DNA of 64,000 bases. Source: Armatimonadota bacterium. Lineage in GTDB: Bacteria > Armatimonadota > SYMT01. Shown here in pieces: positions 19,462 through 27,853 of this stretch. The notes below the pieces were generated by a model. That model ran no database searches, was not told the origin of the DNA, and saw only the letters and a list, made by a program, of their open reading frames with translations. Within the stretch, counting starts at the first letter, position 1; every line of letters starts with the position of its first letter. The position numbers and the translations under genes are program-made. The stretch is taken from the NCBI GenBank assembly GCA_041690135.1, contig JAWLHY010000001.1:1-64000 (forward strand). Direction: 5' to 3'.

Positions 19462-22416
19462 ATGGTGTCCAGACGGCATCGAGCAGGCGCAGGCATGCTG
19501 GCGGTGACTGCGCTCGGTATGCTCGTACCAATGCGGCAGTCACAGGCCCGCTCGGAAGACGTGGGGAAACCCAGCCCGTTCCAGGTGGTCGACTACAACA
19601 ACGGCAATAACGCCTGGGATGACGCGGTCCGCGGGAACCCACAGGCTCGCCCGGCGCACCTCGATAAGGCGGAACGCCTCTTCGAGAAGGCGGCGGCCGG
19701 TCGCAGCCGGTTCCCGGAAGCCCTGCTGGCGCTGGGACTGGTCCGCTTCACCCGCAACAACCTGCGGGGCGCCGAGACGGCCTTCCGTGAGGTCGCCGCG
19801 CTGCAGAAGGGCTACCTGCGCGCGGAAGCGTTGACTTATCTCGGTCTCGTCCATCTTTACAACCACCACTGGTCGGACGCGCAGAATGCCTTCCAGTCCG
19901 CGATGGATGAAAAGAGCGAGGAGTACACGGCCTGGATGGGGCCGAAGGGGCGGGAGAAACTGTCGCAGACCTACCACGACCGCCGGATGGGTCTCGACGC
20001 CCTGGACCGCATGGGCATTGCTATCGCCGGCTTCCAGGCCGCCAAGGCGAAAGCCGGGCCCGGCAGCGACCCCCGGAAGCTGCTGGCGGACACCGAGAAG
20101 CTGCTCCCGCCGGACGAACTCGCCCGGTGCGCCACCTATTTCAACGGCGTCGACGCGGCCCTCTGGAATTTCACGCCGCCCGCCGGTGAATGGCGCTACA
20201 GCCTCCGCGATGGTCTCCCGCCCGATGTCCGCCCCGTCACCCCGTCGGATCTCATCCGGTCGCTGCGGATCTGGGCGGCGGCGGAACTGGCGATCGAGCC
20301 CCCGGCGAACCTGCCGCCAGTGGCGGAGCTGAGTGACACCGACCGCCAGAACCTGGCGGCGGGGCAGGTAAAACGCGCGCTGAAGCTGGAAGCGGCCGGC
20401 AACACCGCCGCCGCGCTGGCGGCCTGGGAACAGGTCGCGAAGCTTCCCGGCTACGAACTGCCCGCCCGGCAGCACCGCATTTATCTCCTGCTCCGTCCGG
20501 CCGCCGGAGGCAAGGCGCCCTCCGCAGCCAGCATCGACCAGGCGCGGCAGTTGATCCGCGGACCGCTGGCGGACAAAGACCCCCTGGTTTATGACCAGCA
20601 GATGGCGCTGGTCAGCGCGATCCTGGCCGGCGCTCCCGCTTCCGGGACGGCCCGCCGGCCAGTGGTGGCGCTCGCCCGCACTGAATGCCGGCTCGTTCTC
20701 AACGGGATTCCCGGCGCCGGCAAGGCCCCGACCTCCGGCCCCGTCCGGGACCGCGCAGAGATGACCGTCGGGCTCCTGGCCGCGGAGGCCGAAAACCCCG
20801 GCGACCTCAACCACTGGCGAACAGCGCTGACCGAGTGCCCCGCCCGGCCCGGACGGGAACGGCTACGCTACTACCTGACCCAACAGCTCGCCCTCGCCGC
20901 CGTAAACGGCCGCCAGCCGGAGCAGGCAGCCGCCGCCCTGAACCAGGCCAACATCATTGCGACCGGGGGAGAAGGGAACGGCACGACCGCCCTCCCCGGG
21001 GCTACCGCCGAGGTCGCGAAGCTGCGCCGGTACATGGTCGCCCGAGTTTTCGAGCTCAAGGATGCGGACCGCTACCGGACCACGCTCCTGAAGGATAGCG
21101 ACTACATTGGTGAGTACCTCGCCTACCTGGCTTCGGAGGAGGCAAAGGCACTCGACGCGGCGCTGAAGGCGAACCCGACGCCCGGCCCCGAGGCCCAGGC
21201 CCGCTGGCAGGCGATCGGCAAAAAGCTGGAAGAGGCACGGGCGCACTCCGGAGCCAACAGCGCGCTCACCGCGAAGCTGGACGCGGACCTCGCCGAGATC
21301 AAGGCCTACAGCACCGCGGTCGACTCCTTCCCGCCCACGATTGCCGTGGCCTGGACCGAGGCCGCCGGAAAGACCAACCAGGCGGCGAAGCCGGCCGACT
21401 GGGATGTGGCCGCCACCTCCTGGCGCGGCGTGCTCGCCATGATGGTGGGGCGCCCCGCAACGGAACGGCGGGAGGTGGCCCTACACGTGGTCCACTCCCA
21501 CCTGCGGAAGGCGGACGTGTTGTATGCCGAAGGCAAAAAGGATGCTGCCCGGACGGCCCTGCGGCAGGCCCGCGCCGAACTCATCACGATGCCCGAGGCC
21601 GTGGGGAGCCACCTGACCCAGGAGGACAAGGAGCGGATCGAGCAGCGCGTTTCCAACAACGGTAAGGCGCTCAATGCCGGGACTTACCTCGCCGGAACCA
21701 AAGGGGAAAAGAACATCCCGGGCTTCCGCGGGTCCACCCTCAAGCCCGTGGCCACCGAGTGCGTGATTATCCGCTACAAGTCGCCGCATACTCCCAATGT
21801 GGACCAGTGGCTGCAGGATCTGCGCACCCATCCGAGTGCTGTGCGACGCCTGGTGGACTGGTTTAATAACGGGCCTGTTGCCCAGAAGACCCCCGGCGCC
21901 AAGCGGGACTTCAGTGCAAACCCGTCCTCACCCAACTACCTGGTCACCTTCCTGGAGAAGCACGCATACCGGAAGCCGGGCGCGCTGCCGGTGGGCACGG
22001 TCCAGTGGTGCGACCACAACGGGAAGGGCCCGTGGCACGGTAGTGTCATCAAGAAGGCCGGAGGCGCTGCCTACTACCTGAAGGACGGCACCCCGATTAT
22101 CCGAACGGTCTGTTCCAACCCCATCGGCGTAATCCGTACCTACACGGTCACCGCCGAGTGGATCCCCCAGGAGGAAAGTGCTTCGCCGCGGGCGGTTCCG
22201 GGCTACCCGAGCATTGCTTACGGCAAGCCCGTGACGCCGGTGGCTCCGGGGGGTTGGACTGAAAGGCCACAGGTCTACGTCCTGACGGCGGCCACGGCGC
22301 CCAAGGTGAACACGGTGGCCCCTACGGCGACCCTGGTGGCTACCACACACGTGCTGCCGCAGCTGGCGCTGCCCCGGTGCCAGGTACCGGAGCCGGTCAA
22401 GCGGGCTTCCCGGTAG
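19462..22416 (+). CDS. Large secreted TPR/helical protein with a C-terminal domain resembling DUF6777
   Basis: aaggag RBS before ATG 19462; signal-like N-terminus; TPRs (EALLALGLVRF, EALTYLGLVHL); C-terminal DGTPIIRTVCSNP. Confidence 0.7.
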   Translation: MVSRRHRAGAGMLAVTALGMLVPMRQSQARSEDVGKPSPFQVVDYNNGNNAWDDAVRGNPQARPAHLDKAERLFEKAAAGRSRFPEALLALGLVRFTRNNLRGAETAFREVAALQKGYLRAEALTYLGLVHLYNHHWSDAQNAFQSAMDEKSEEYTAWMGPKGREKLSQTYHDRRMGLDALDRMGIAIAGFQAAKAKAGPGSDPRKLLADTEKLLPPDELARCATYFNGVDAALWNFTPPAGEWRYSLRDGLPPDVRPVTPSDLIRSLRIWAAAELAIEPPANLPPVAELSDTDRQNLAAGQVKRALKLEAAGNTAAALAAWEQVAKLPGYELPARQHRIYLLLRPAAGGKAPSAASIDQARQLIRGPLADKDPLVYDQQMALVSAILAGAPASGTARRPVVALARTECRLVLNGIPGAGKAPTSGPVRDRAEMTVGLLAAEAENPGDLNHWRTALTECPARPGRERLRYYLTQQLALAAVNGRQPEQAAAALNQANIIATGGEGNGTTALPGATAEVAKLRRYMVARVFELKDADRYRTTLLKDSDYIGEYLAYLASEEAKALDAALKANPTPGPEAQARWQAIGKKLEEARAHSGANSALTAKLDADLAEIKAYSTAVDSFPPTIAVAWTEAAGKTNQAAKPADWDVAATSWRGVLAMMVGRPATERREVALHVVHSHLRKADVLYAEGKKDAARTALRQARAELITMPEAVGSHLTQEDKERIEQRVSNNGKALNAGTYLAGTKGEKNIPGFRGSTLKPVATECVIIRYKSPHTPNVDQWLQDLRTHPSAVRRLVDWFNNGPVAQKTPGAKRDFSANPSSPNYLVTFLEKHAYRKPGALPVGTVQWCDHNGKGPWHGSVIKKAGGAAYYLKDGTPIIRTVCSNPIGVIRTYTVTAEWIPQEESASPRAVPGYPSIAYGKPVTPVAPGGWTERPQVYVLTAATAPKVNTVAPTATLVATTHVLPQLALPRCQVPEPVKRASR

Positions 22417-22516
22417 GTCTACCTGACCGGAGATGCAAGCCGGAAGAGGCAGGAAGAGCGAACGGCTCTCCTGCCTCTTTTGCGTTTCTGGCTGCCGGAC
22501 TGCCATAGCCTTTGCC

Positions 22517-22875
22517 GTCATTGCGAGGCCGGCTTGCACCCCGGTTTGCTCCGAGGGTATCCCACATGGAAGCTGGTAACGCCTGGTTCGTGAGCCGTCG
22601 CCTTGCCGGCCGTGGCAATCCCCCTGGTGAACGGGATCGAGCGCCTGGTCAAAACCGGCTTGTCTCGACCTCTGGCGGCGCACCTGGGTAGGTTCTAAAG
22701 CCCAGCGGCGGTAGCGGATTGGCTCAAGGTTGCCAGCGCCGGATAGAGACAACTTCCCTGACCAGGGGGCCTGCCGCGTCGGGTGACGGGGTGCAGTTAC
22801 AGATCGGCTGTGCTCCGGCAGTGCGACGGTGTTGGTCTGTGAAGTCGGTGGGGCACTACCGCTCCTCGCAGTGAC
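22517..22875. mobile_element. Non-coding MITE/REP-like element with 12-bp imperfect terminal inverted repeats
   Basis: gtcattgcgagg (22517-22528) vs cctcgcagtgac (22864-22875), one mismatch; internal cgtggcaatc. Confidence 0.5.
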
Positions 22876-22897
22876 AGTAACTCTCAGTGCATTTTTA

Positions 22898-22940
22898 ACC
22901 AAAAAGGACCGGGGCGCTACGCGCCCCGGTCCTTTTTGGT
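22898..22940. terminator. Bidirectional intrinsic terminator
   Basis: accaaaaaggaccggggcgc-tac-gcgccccggtcctttttggt, perfect hairpin with A/T tails. Confidence 0.9.
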
Positions 22941-22959
22941 TCCCGTTAACAGGGAGGGA

Positions 22960-23793
22960 TTAGCGCCAGTCCCACTTGCGCAGGTAGTTGGCGAAGATCG
23001 TCCCGTTGTCGCCGACGCCAAGGCGGGCGGCGGAGCTGGCATCGAAGGCGTAAACGCCCGTGACTGTCCAGAGGCTTTCGCCGTCCACGTCGTTGTTGAT
23101 CAGGTAGTCCGCGGAGACGGAGAAGTTCGGGCGGAGCAGGTAGGTGGCGCCCACGCCGGCGATGAAGTCATCCGCGCTCTGGGAGTTGTAGTTAGCCGTA
23201 GCCCAACCCAGGTTGACCGTGCCGTAGAGCTGGTCGGTGATCCGCTGGTCGGCGGCCAGCAGCACGTCGAACCGGTCCCCGTACTCGGTGAAGCGGGCAT
23301 ACTTCCCAACGAGGGAGATGACCGGCAGGTTGACGTTCTGCGGCAGCCACAGCACGTACTTGCCGCTCACGTCCAGCACGTGCGTGTCCTCGGCGTCATC
23401 GAAGTTCGCGTAGGAGTAGCCGAAGTTGATGTTCCAGGGGTTGCGCGGGTTCTTCAGGTTGGCGTAACCCAGGCCAAGACCGTACCAGTCGGACTGGTCC
23501 TGGTGCTGGAAGACCGGGGCCGCGAGGAGGCGCTGGCCCGGCTCTTCCTCTTCCGATCGCTGGCAAAGCAGGGCATCCATCGGGCGCTCGTCCAGGGGGG
23601 AGCAGAGGATACCGCGCGCGCCGGCCAGGCGTCCGTAGGGACCGAGGAACACCGGCGCCACCGAGGCACGGTTCCCTTCCGACGGGCCGAGGAAGCCCGA
23701 GGTGAAGTTGGCACGCGGCGCAGCCTGCGCACCTTGCGCTCCGCCACCCAGGACCAATGCCAGGGCCGCGGCGATCAGCGCTTTCTTTAGCAT
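22960..23793 (-). CDS. Putative outer-membrane beta-barrel protein (paralog 1)
   Basis: Signal peptide MLKKALIAAALAL..AQAA; alternating amphipathic strands; aromatic-rich C-terminus KWDWR. Confidence 0.75.
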   Translation of the reverse strand: MLKKALIAAALALVLGGGAQGAQAAPRANFTSGFLGPSEGNRASVAPVFLGPYGRLAGARGILCSPLDERPMDALLCQRSEEEEPGQRLLAAPVFQHQDQSDWYGLGLGYANLKNPRNPWNINFGYSYANFDDAEDTHVLDVSGKYVLWLPQNVNLPVISLVGKYARFTEYGDRFDVLLAADQRITDQLYGTVNLGWATANYNSQSADDFIAGVGATYLLRPNFSVSADYLINNDVDGESLWTVTGVYAFDASSAARLGVGDNGTIFANYLRKWDWR

Positions 23794-23825
23794 TTCAGTA
23801 ACCCTTTCGGTCGTTGCAGTTGGGA

Positions 23826-23871
23826 CCGCCGGTGGCCTTGTTACCCGGCGCTCCACTCAATTCCGGCCTCC
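23826..23871 (-). promoter_or_regulatory. Conserved upstream motif GGAGG-N20-GGGTAACA.GG.CACCGGCGG (copy 1)
   Basis: 20 of 22 nt identical to 24920-24941; 33 nt from the start codon. Confidence 0.6.
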
Positions 23872-24018
23872 TGAGAAGCCGGAAAATGGTTCATCTCAGG
23901 GTTGAGGGAAAGCGAGCCGGGCCGGGCCGGGTCGCGCCCCCAGGATATTGTCGGTTAGGCGGCGACCAATCTTCGGATTGTTGTAAGGCCTCGCCCGCAC
24001 CGATTGCGCATCCGGCAC

Positions 24019-24056
24019 GAAAAAAGGGACGCTCCTCGCGGAACGCCCCCTCGTTC
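24019..24056 (-). terminator. Intrinsic terminator after beta-barrel paralog 2
   Basis: Minus strand ggggcgttcc-gcga-ggagcgtccc-tttttt. Confidence 0.7.
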
Positions 24057-24090
24057 TATCGCAGGACAACGGTCGAATGACCGCTCCAGC

Positions 24091-24888
24091 TTAGCGGTCG
24101 AACTTCCAAATCCAGTTCACCAGCACGGTGCGGTGCTTGCCGCCCGCCACGCGGATCACGGACTGGGCATCCGGAGCCCACTGAAGGCCGACGCCCCAGA
24201 AGTCCTCACCGTCTACGTCGTTATCGATGACGTAGTCCGCGGAGAGGGAGATATTGCGCCACTGCTTCGGCCGCCAGGTGGCGCCGACGCCGGCCACCAG
24301 GTCGTCGTCATCGCCGCCGCGGTCGGCGTCGAACCGGCCCCAGCCGACGTTGCCGGTCAGGAACAGGTTCTGCCCCAGGTTCTGGTCGATGGCGATGAGG
24401 GCATCCCACCGCTCGGCCAGACCGTTGTAGTCAGCGAAGCGGCCGACGACGGAGACGACCGGACCGCGGCGGTCCGCCCCGAACGCCACCCATTTGAAGG
24501 TGGGCGCGTAGGAGAAGTGGTCGCGGTCTCCGCCGGCGAGGTCGACGTTCGTATTGAAGATGTCGACGTACAGCTGCCACGGATGGCGGGCGTTGGCCGA
24601 GTTGGCGTAGCCCAGGGAGCCACCGTAGAAGGTGATGTCGCCGCCGCGCACATCGGTGGTGCGGAGGAACGGGTTCACGACGAACCGGGTCTTGGGGTTC
24701 TCGACATCCTTGGAAGCGCGGTCCTGGATGTTGTCACCCGGGCGCGCGTCCCCTTCGGCCTGCAGGAAGGTCCGCGCGCCGAAGATGTCGGGATAGGTTT
24801 CGAGGAACAGAGGCGCGGCGGAAGCCGACTGCCCCGTGCCCACCGCCAGCAGCGCCAGTGCTGCCGCGATCAGGGACTTCTTGAACAT
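24091..24888 (-). CDS. Putative outer-membrane beta-barrel protein (paralog 2)
   Basis: Signal peptide MFKKSLIAAALAL..ASAA; shares LGYAN..HPW, SVVGRFA, DDLVAGVGAT, SADY.IDNDVDGE with paralog 1. Confidence 0.75.
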   Translation of the reverse strand: MFKKSLIAAALALLAVGTGQSASAAPLFLETYPDIFGARTFLQAEGDARPGDNIQDRASKDVENPKTRFVVNPFLRTTDVRGGDITFYGGSLGYANSANARHPWQLYVDIFNTNVDLAGGDRDHFSYAPTFKWVAFGADRRGPVVSVVGRFADYNGLAERWDALIAIDQNLGQNLFLTGNVGWGRFDADRGGDDDDLVAGVGATWRPKQWRNISLSADYVIDNDVDGEDFWGVGLQWAPDAQSVIRVAGGKHRTVLVNWIWKFDR

Positions 24889-24919
24889 TTTCGAGCCCTT
24901 TCGATGGGAAACTACCTGG

Positions 24920-24965
24920 CCGCCGGTGACCGTGTTACCCGCCGGCCATTTCCCGGGCGCCCTCC
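24920..24965 (-). promoter_or_regulatory. Conserved upstream motif (copy 2)
   Basis: ccgccggtgaccgtgttacccg with cctcc at the same 20-nt spacing; 32 nt from the start codon. Confidence 0.6.
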
Positions 24966-25152
24966 CATCGAACAGGCTCCCGGAAATTCATATTAAATAT
25001 TGGAGGCTGCTCCTTAAGGAGTCAACCGCTCGGCTGTATAGTATATTCTTTGAGTTCGGGATTTGGCACACGGTAGCCCGCTGAGATTCTCGGCATGGTG
25101 TCGGCAGAACACATAGCCTCTCTTCTGTTGTTACCCAAGCAGGCGTTGCATA

Positions 25153-25330
25153 GGGGCTAGCGGCCAGGGGCTGGGGTTAGGGGGCAGGGGGGCAGGGGGC
25201 AGTAGGCAGGGGGCAGTAGGCAGAAGGCAAGGGGCTGGGGGTCAGGGGGGGCAGAGGGCTGGGGGCTGGGGACGGAGTAAGAGTAGGAGTAGGAGTAGGA
25301 GTAGGAGTAGGAGTAGGAGTAGGAATAGGA
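25153..25330 (+). repeat. G-rich heptamer tract plus about nine GGAGTA hexamer units
   Basis: ggggcag/taggcag units with many G4-G7 runs, then (ggagta)n at 25274-25330. Confidence 0.85.
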
Positions 25331-25432
25331 GAGGCCTGCAGCCGATCAGGATGAGGATTGTGATCAAGATCGGGGGGTCGGATCGGGCGTAGGAAGGTGA
25401 GCTGACAGCCGTTCTGGGGAACTGCCGCATGA

Positions 25433-25481
25433 GAAAAGGGAAGGGGTGCGCCATTAGAGCGGCGCACCCCTTCCCTTTTCT
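25433..25481 (-). terminator. Intrinsic terminator after aspS
   Basis: gaaaagggaaggggtgcgcc-attagagc-ggcgcaccccttcccttttc. Confidence 0.85.
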
Positions 25482-25522
25482 TCATCTCTCCCATTCGCCA
25501 GGGCGTGGGGGGAGAGTTTCGC

Positions 25523-27301
25523 TTACTCGGCTTCTTCCTCTTCCGGGACGATCTCCAGGTGCAGTTCGGTGAGCTGGGCGGGATCGAGCTCGGCGGGGCA
25601 GTCGAGCATCAGGTCAAAGCCGCTGGCGGTCTTGGGGAAGGCCATCACGTCGCGGATGGTCTCTTCGTTGGCCATCAACTGGACCATCCGGTCCACCCCC
25701 GCGGCCATGCCGCCGTGGGGTGGGGCGCCGTAGGAGAGCGCGTTCAGCAGGAAGCCAAAGCGCTCCCACGCCTGCTCGCGAGTGATGCCGATCAGCTCCA
25801 GAATCTTGAGCTGGAGATCCGGGTCGTGGACACGGATGCTTCCGCTCGCCAGCTCAACGCCATTGACCACCAGGTCGTAGACGGAGCCCGCCACTGCCGT
25901 GGGATCCGTGTCCAGCCGGGCGACATCCTCCGGCGTCTTCGGCTGGCTGAAGGGGTGATGGCTGGGCTCCAACCCGCCTTCTTCATTCCGTTCCAGGAGG
26001 GGGAAATCCAGAACCCAGAGGAAGTTCCAGGCGCTGGGGTCCGCCGCCAGGCCCAGGGTTTCGCCCAGGTGGAGCCGCAGGCGGTTCAAGGCTTCCGCGA
26101 CGACCTTCGGCTTGTCCGCCACGATGAGCACCAGGTCCCCGTCCTTCGCTCCCATGCGCTCGCGGATCTGCGCAACCTGCTCGCCCGTGAGATAGCGCTG
26201 GATGCTGGACCGGTACTCGCCGTTCTCCAGGATGATCGAGACCAGGCCACCCGCGCCGAAACGACGCGTGAGGGCGGTCAGGTCGTCGATCTGCTTGCGG
26301 CTGTACCCCCCGCAGCCGGGCGCCACGATCCCTTTGATCTGCCCGCCGCTCTCCAGCGCGTTCTGGAAGACGCGGAGGTCGCTCTGGGCAAGCACGTCGG
26401 CGAGATCGATCAACTCCATGCCGAACCGGGTGTCCGGCTTGTCGCAGCCATAGCGCGCCATGGCCTCTGCATAACTCATCCGTGGGAAGGGGGTCGGCAC
26501 GTCCAGACCCAGGCCCACTTTCCAGAGTTTTGCGATCAGGCGCTCCACCAGGTCGAAGACGTCTTCCTGGGTGACGAACGACATCTCCAGGTCGATCTGG
26601 GTGAACTCGGGCTGGCGGTCCGCGCGGGAGGATTCGTCCCGGAAACAGCGGGCGATCTGGAAATACTTCTCCACGCCGCTCACCTGCAGCATCTGTTTGA
26701 AAAGCTGCGGGCTCTGCGGGAGCGCGTAGAACTTCCCGGCGTAATTGCGGGCGGGGACCACGAAGTCGCGGGCCCCTTCCGGCGTGCTGCGGATCAGGCA
26801 GGGGGTCTCGATCTCCCAGAACCCTTCGGTGTCCAGGAAGTCCCGGCACGCCTTCACCACCCGGTGGCGCAGCTCCAGGTTCTCCTGCATCTTCTGGCGC
26901 CGCAGGTCGAGGTAGCGGTACTGCAGCCGGATCTCCTCGGCGATGCGCTCGTCCGTGATGAGGAACGGAGGGGTCTTCGAGCTGTTGAGAATCTCGACCG
27001 AGGCCCCCCGGACCTCTACCTCGCCCGTGGCCAACTTCGGGTTCTCGGTGCCTTCGGGACGGTGGCGCACGACCCCGGTCACCGAGATCACGAACTCGCC
27101 CCGGCAGCGGTCGGCTACTGCATGCGATTCAGGATGCTCGCTGGAGTCGAAAACGACCTGGACCAGACCGCTGCGGTCCCAGAGGTCGATGAAGATGACG
27201 CCTCCCTGATCGCGGCGGCGCCGGACCCAGCCGGCAAGGGTAACGGTCTGACCGATCTGAGCGGCGCGCAGCGTTCCCGCGCCGTGAGTACGTATAGGCA
27301 T
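25523..27301 (-). CDS. aspS: Aspartate--tRNA ligase
   Basis: GWVRRRRDQGG, RLQYRYLDLR, STPEGARDF, YALPQSPQLFKQ, CFRDE..RADRQPEFTQID, GAPPHGG. Confidence 0.98.
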   Translation of the reverse strand: MPIRTHGAGTLRAAQIGQTVTLAGWVRRRRDQGGVIFIDLWDRSGLVQVVFDSSEHPESHAVADRCRGEFVISVTGVVRHRPEGTENPKLATGEVEVRGASVEILNSSKTPPFLITDERIAEEIRLQYRYLDLRRQKMQENLELRHRVVKACRDFLDTEGFWEIETPCLIRSTPEGARDFVVPARNYAGKFYALPQSPQLFKQMLQVSGVEKYFQIARCFRDESSRADRQPEFTQIDLEMSFVTQEDVFDLVERLIAKLWKVGLGLDVPTPFPRMSYAEAMARYGCDKPDTRFGMELIDLADVLAQSDLRVFQNALESGGQIKGIVAPGCGGYSRKQIDDLTALTRRFGAGGLVSIILENGEYRSSIQRYLTGEQVAQIRERMGAKDGDLVLIVADKPKVVAEALNRLRLHLGETLGLAADPSAWNFLWVLDFPLLERNEEGGLEPSHHPFSQPKTPEDVARLDTDPTAVAGSVYDLVVNGVELASGSIRVHDPDLQLKILELIGITREQAWERFGFLLNALSYGAPPHGGMAAGVDRMVQLMANEETIRDVMAFPKTASGFDLMLDCPAELDPAQLTELHLEIVPEEEEAE

Positions 27302-27688
27302 AAATCGGAATCCTGACGGAATGATCCCCGGCTCCGGTGCGGTTACTCCAGAAGGCGCGCGGGCCTGGGGATGGGGCTGAAATCGGTGCGAGGCCCGGTC
27401 TCGGATGATCGCCCGTACGAGCGCGACCGTAGGCCGGGGAGAGACGACACGCTACGCCCGGCGCCATCTTCTCCCGGAATGGGAAGACCGCGCCGGGCTA
27501 GAGGTTGACGTCCTTGGCCGCTCGGGGGGCGGCTTCGGGACCTCGCGCGCCTCTCGACACACAAAGCCCCAGGGTGGGAAGAAGGGGAGACATCCTCGCG
27601 CCTGATCGGTCACCGCCCGGACACCGAGTCCCGGCGGGCCTGCTGATTCTAACGCAATCGCCTCCAGAAAGAAAGGCGGGCAGACACG

Positions 27689-27722
27689 AAAAAAGAGCGG
27701 TTCCGGATCAGCCGGAACCGCT
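27689..27722 (-). terminator. Intrinsic terminator
   Basis: agcggttccgg-ctgat-ccggaaccgct-ctttttt on minus strand. Confidence 0.85.
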
Positions 27723-27757
27723 GTGCAATGAAAGGAGTGTCAGCAACCGAAACGCAT
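27689..27757 (-). ncRNA. Candidate small RNA with anti-Shine-Dalgarno loop and intrinsic terminator
   Basis: Downstream of a sigma28-type promoter; tgctga-CACTCCTT-tca(tt)gca hairpin; 11-bp terminator stem followed by ctttttt; no credible ORF. Confidence 0.55.
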
Positions 27758-27762
27758 ACCCA

Positions 27763-27788
27763 TTATCGGCAGCCGGCGAAAAACTTTA
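27763..27788 (-). promoter_or_regulatory. Sigma28 (FliA/SigD)-type promoter
   Basis: TAAAGTTT-N10-GCCGATAA; consensus is TAAAGTTT-N11-GCCGATAA. Confidence 0.7.
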
Positions 27789-27853
27789 GGGCGGGTTGCC
27801 CGAATTCCGCCGAACGTGGGACAGGCGACCTACCGGAGTAGGGCAAGCAGGCT

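Noticed and set aside
22705-22716. ops-like GGCGGTAG sequence
   Set aside because: Not upstream of an operon, and an 8-mer is expected by chance at this GC content
25177-25494. Pro-Thr and poly-Leu small ORFs
   Set aside because: Translations of the GGAGTA microsatellite
25505-27316. 603-aa plus-strand ORF and similar long antisense ORFs (2134-3552, 17076-18683, 33042-34622, 49120-51123, 61842-63326)
   Set aside because: Shadow ORFs of real genes, expected in high-GC DNA
27302-27651. Canonical T-box riboswitch for aspS
   Set aside because: No GGUGGNACCGCG box or terminator/antiterminator pair; kept only as an unassigned structured leader
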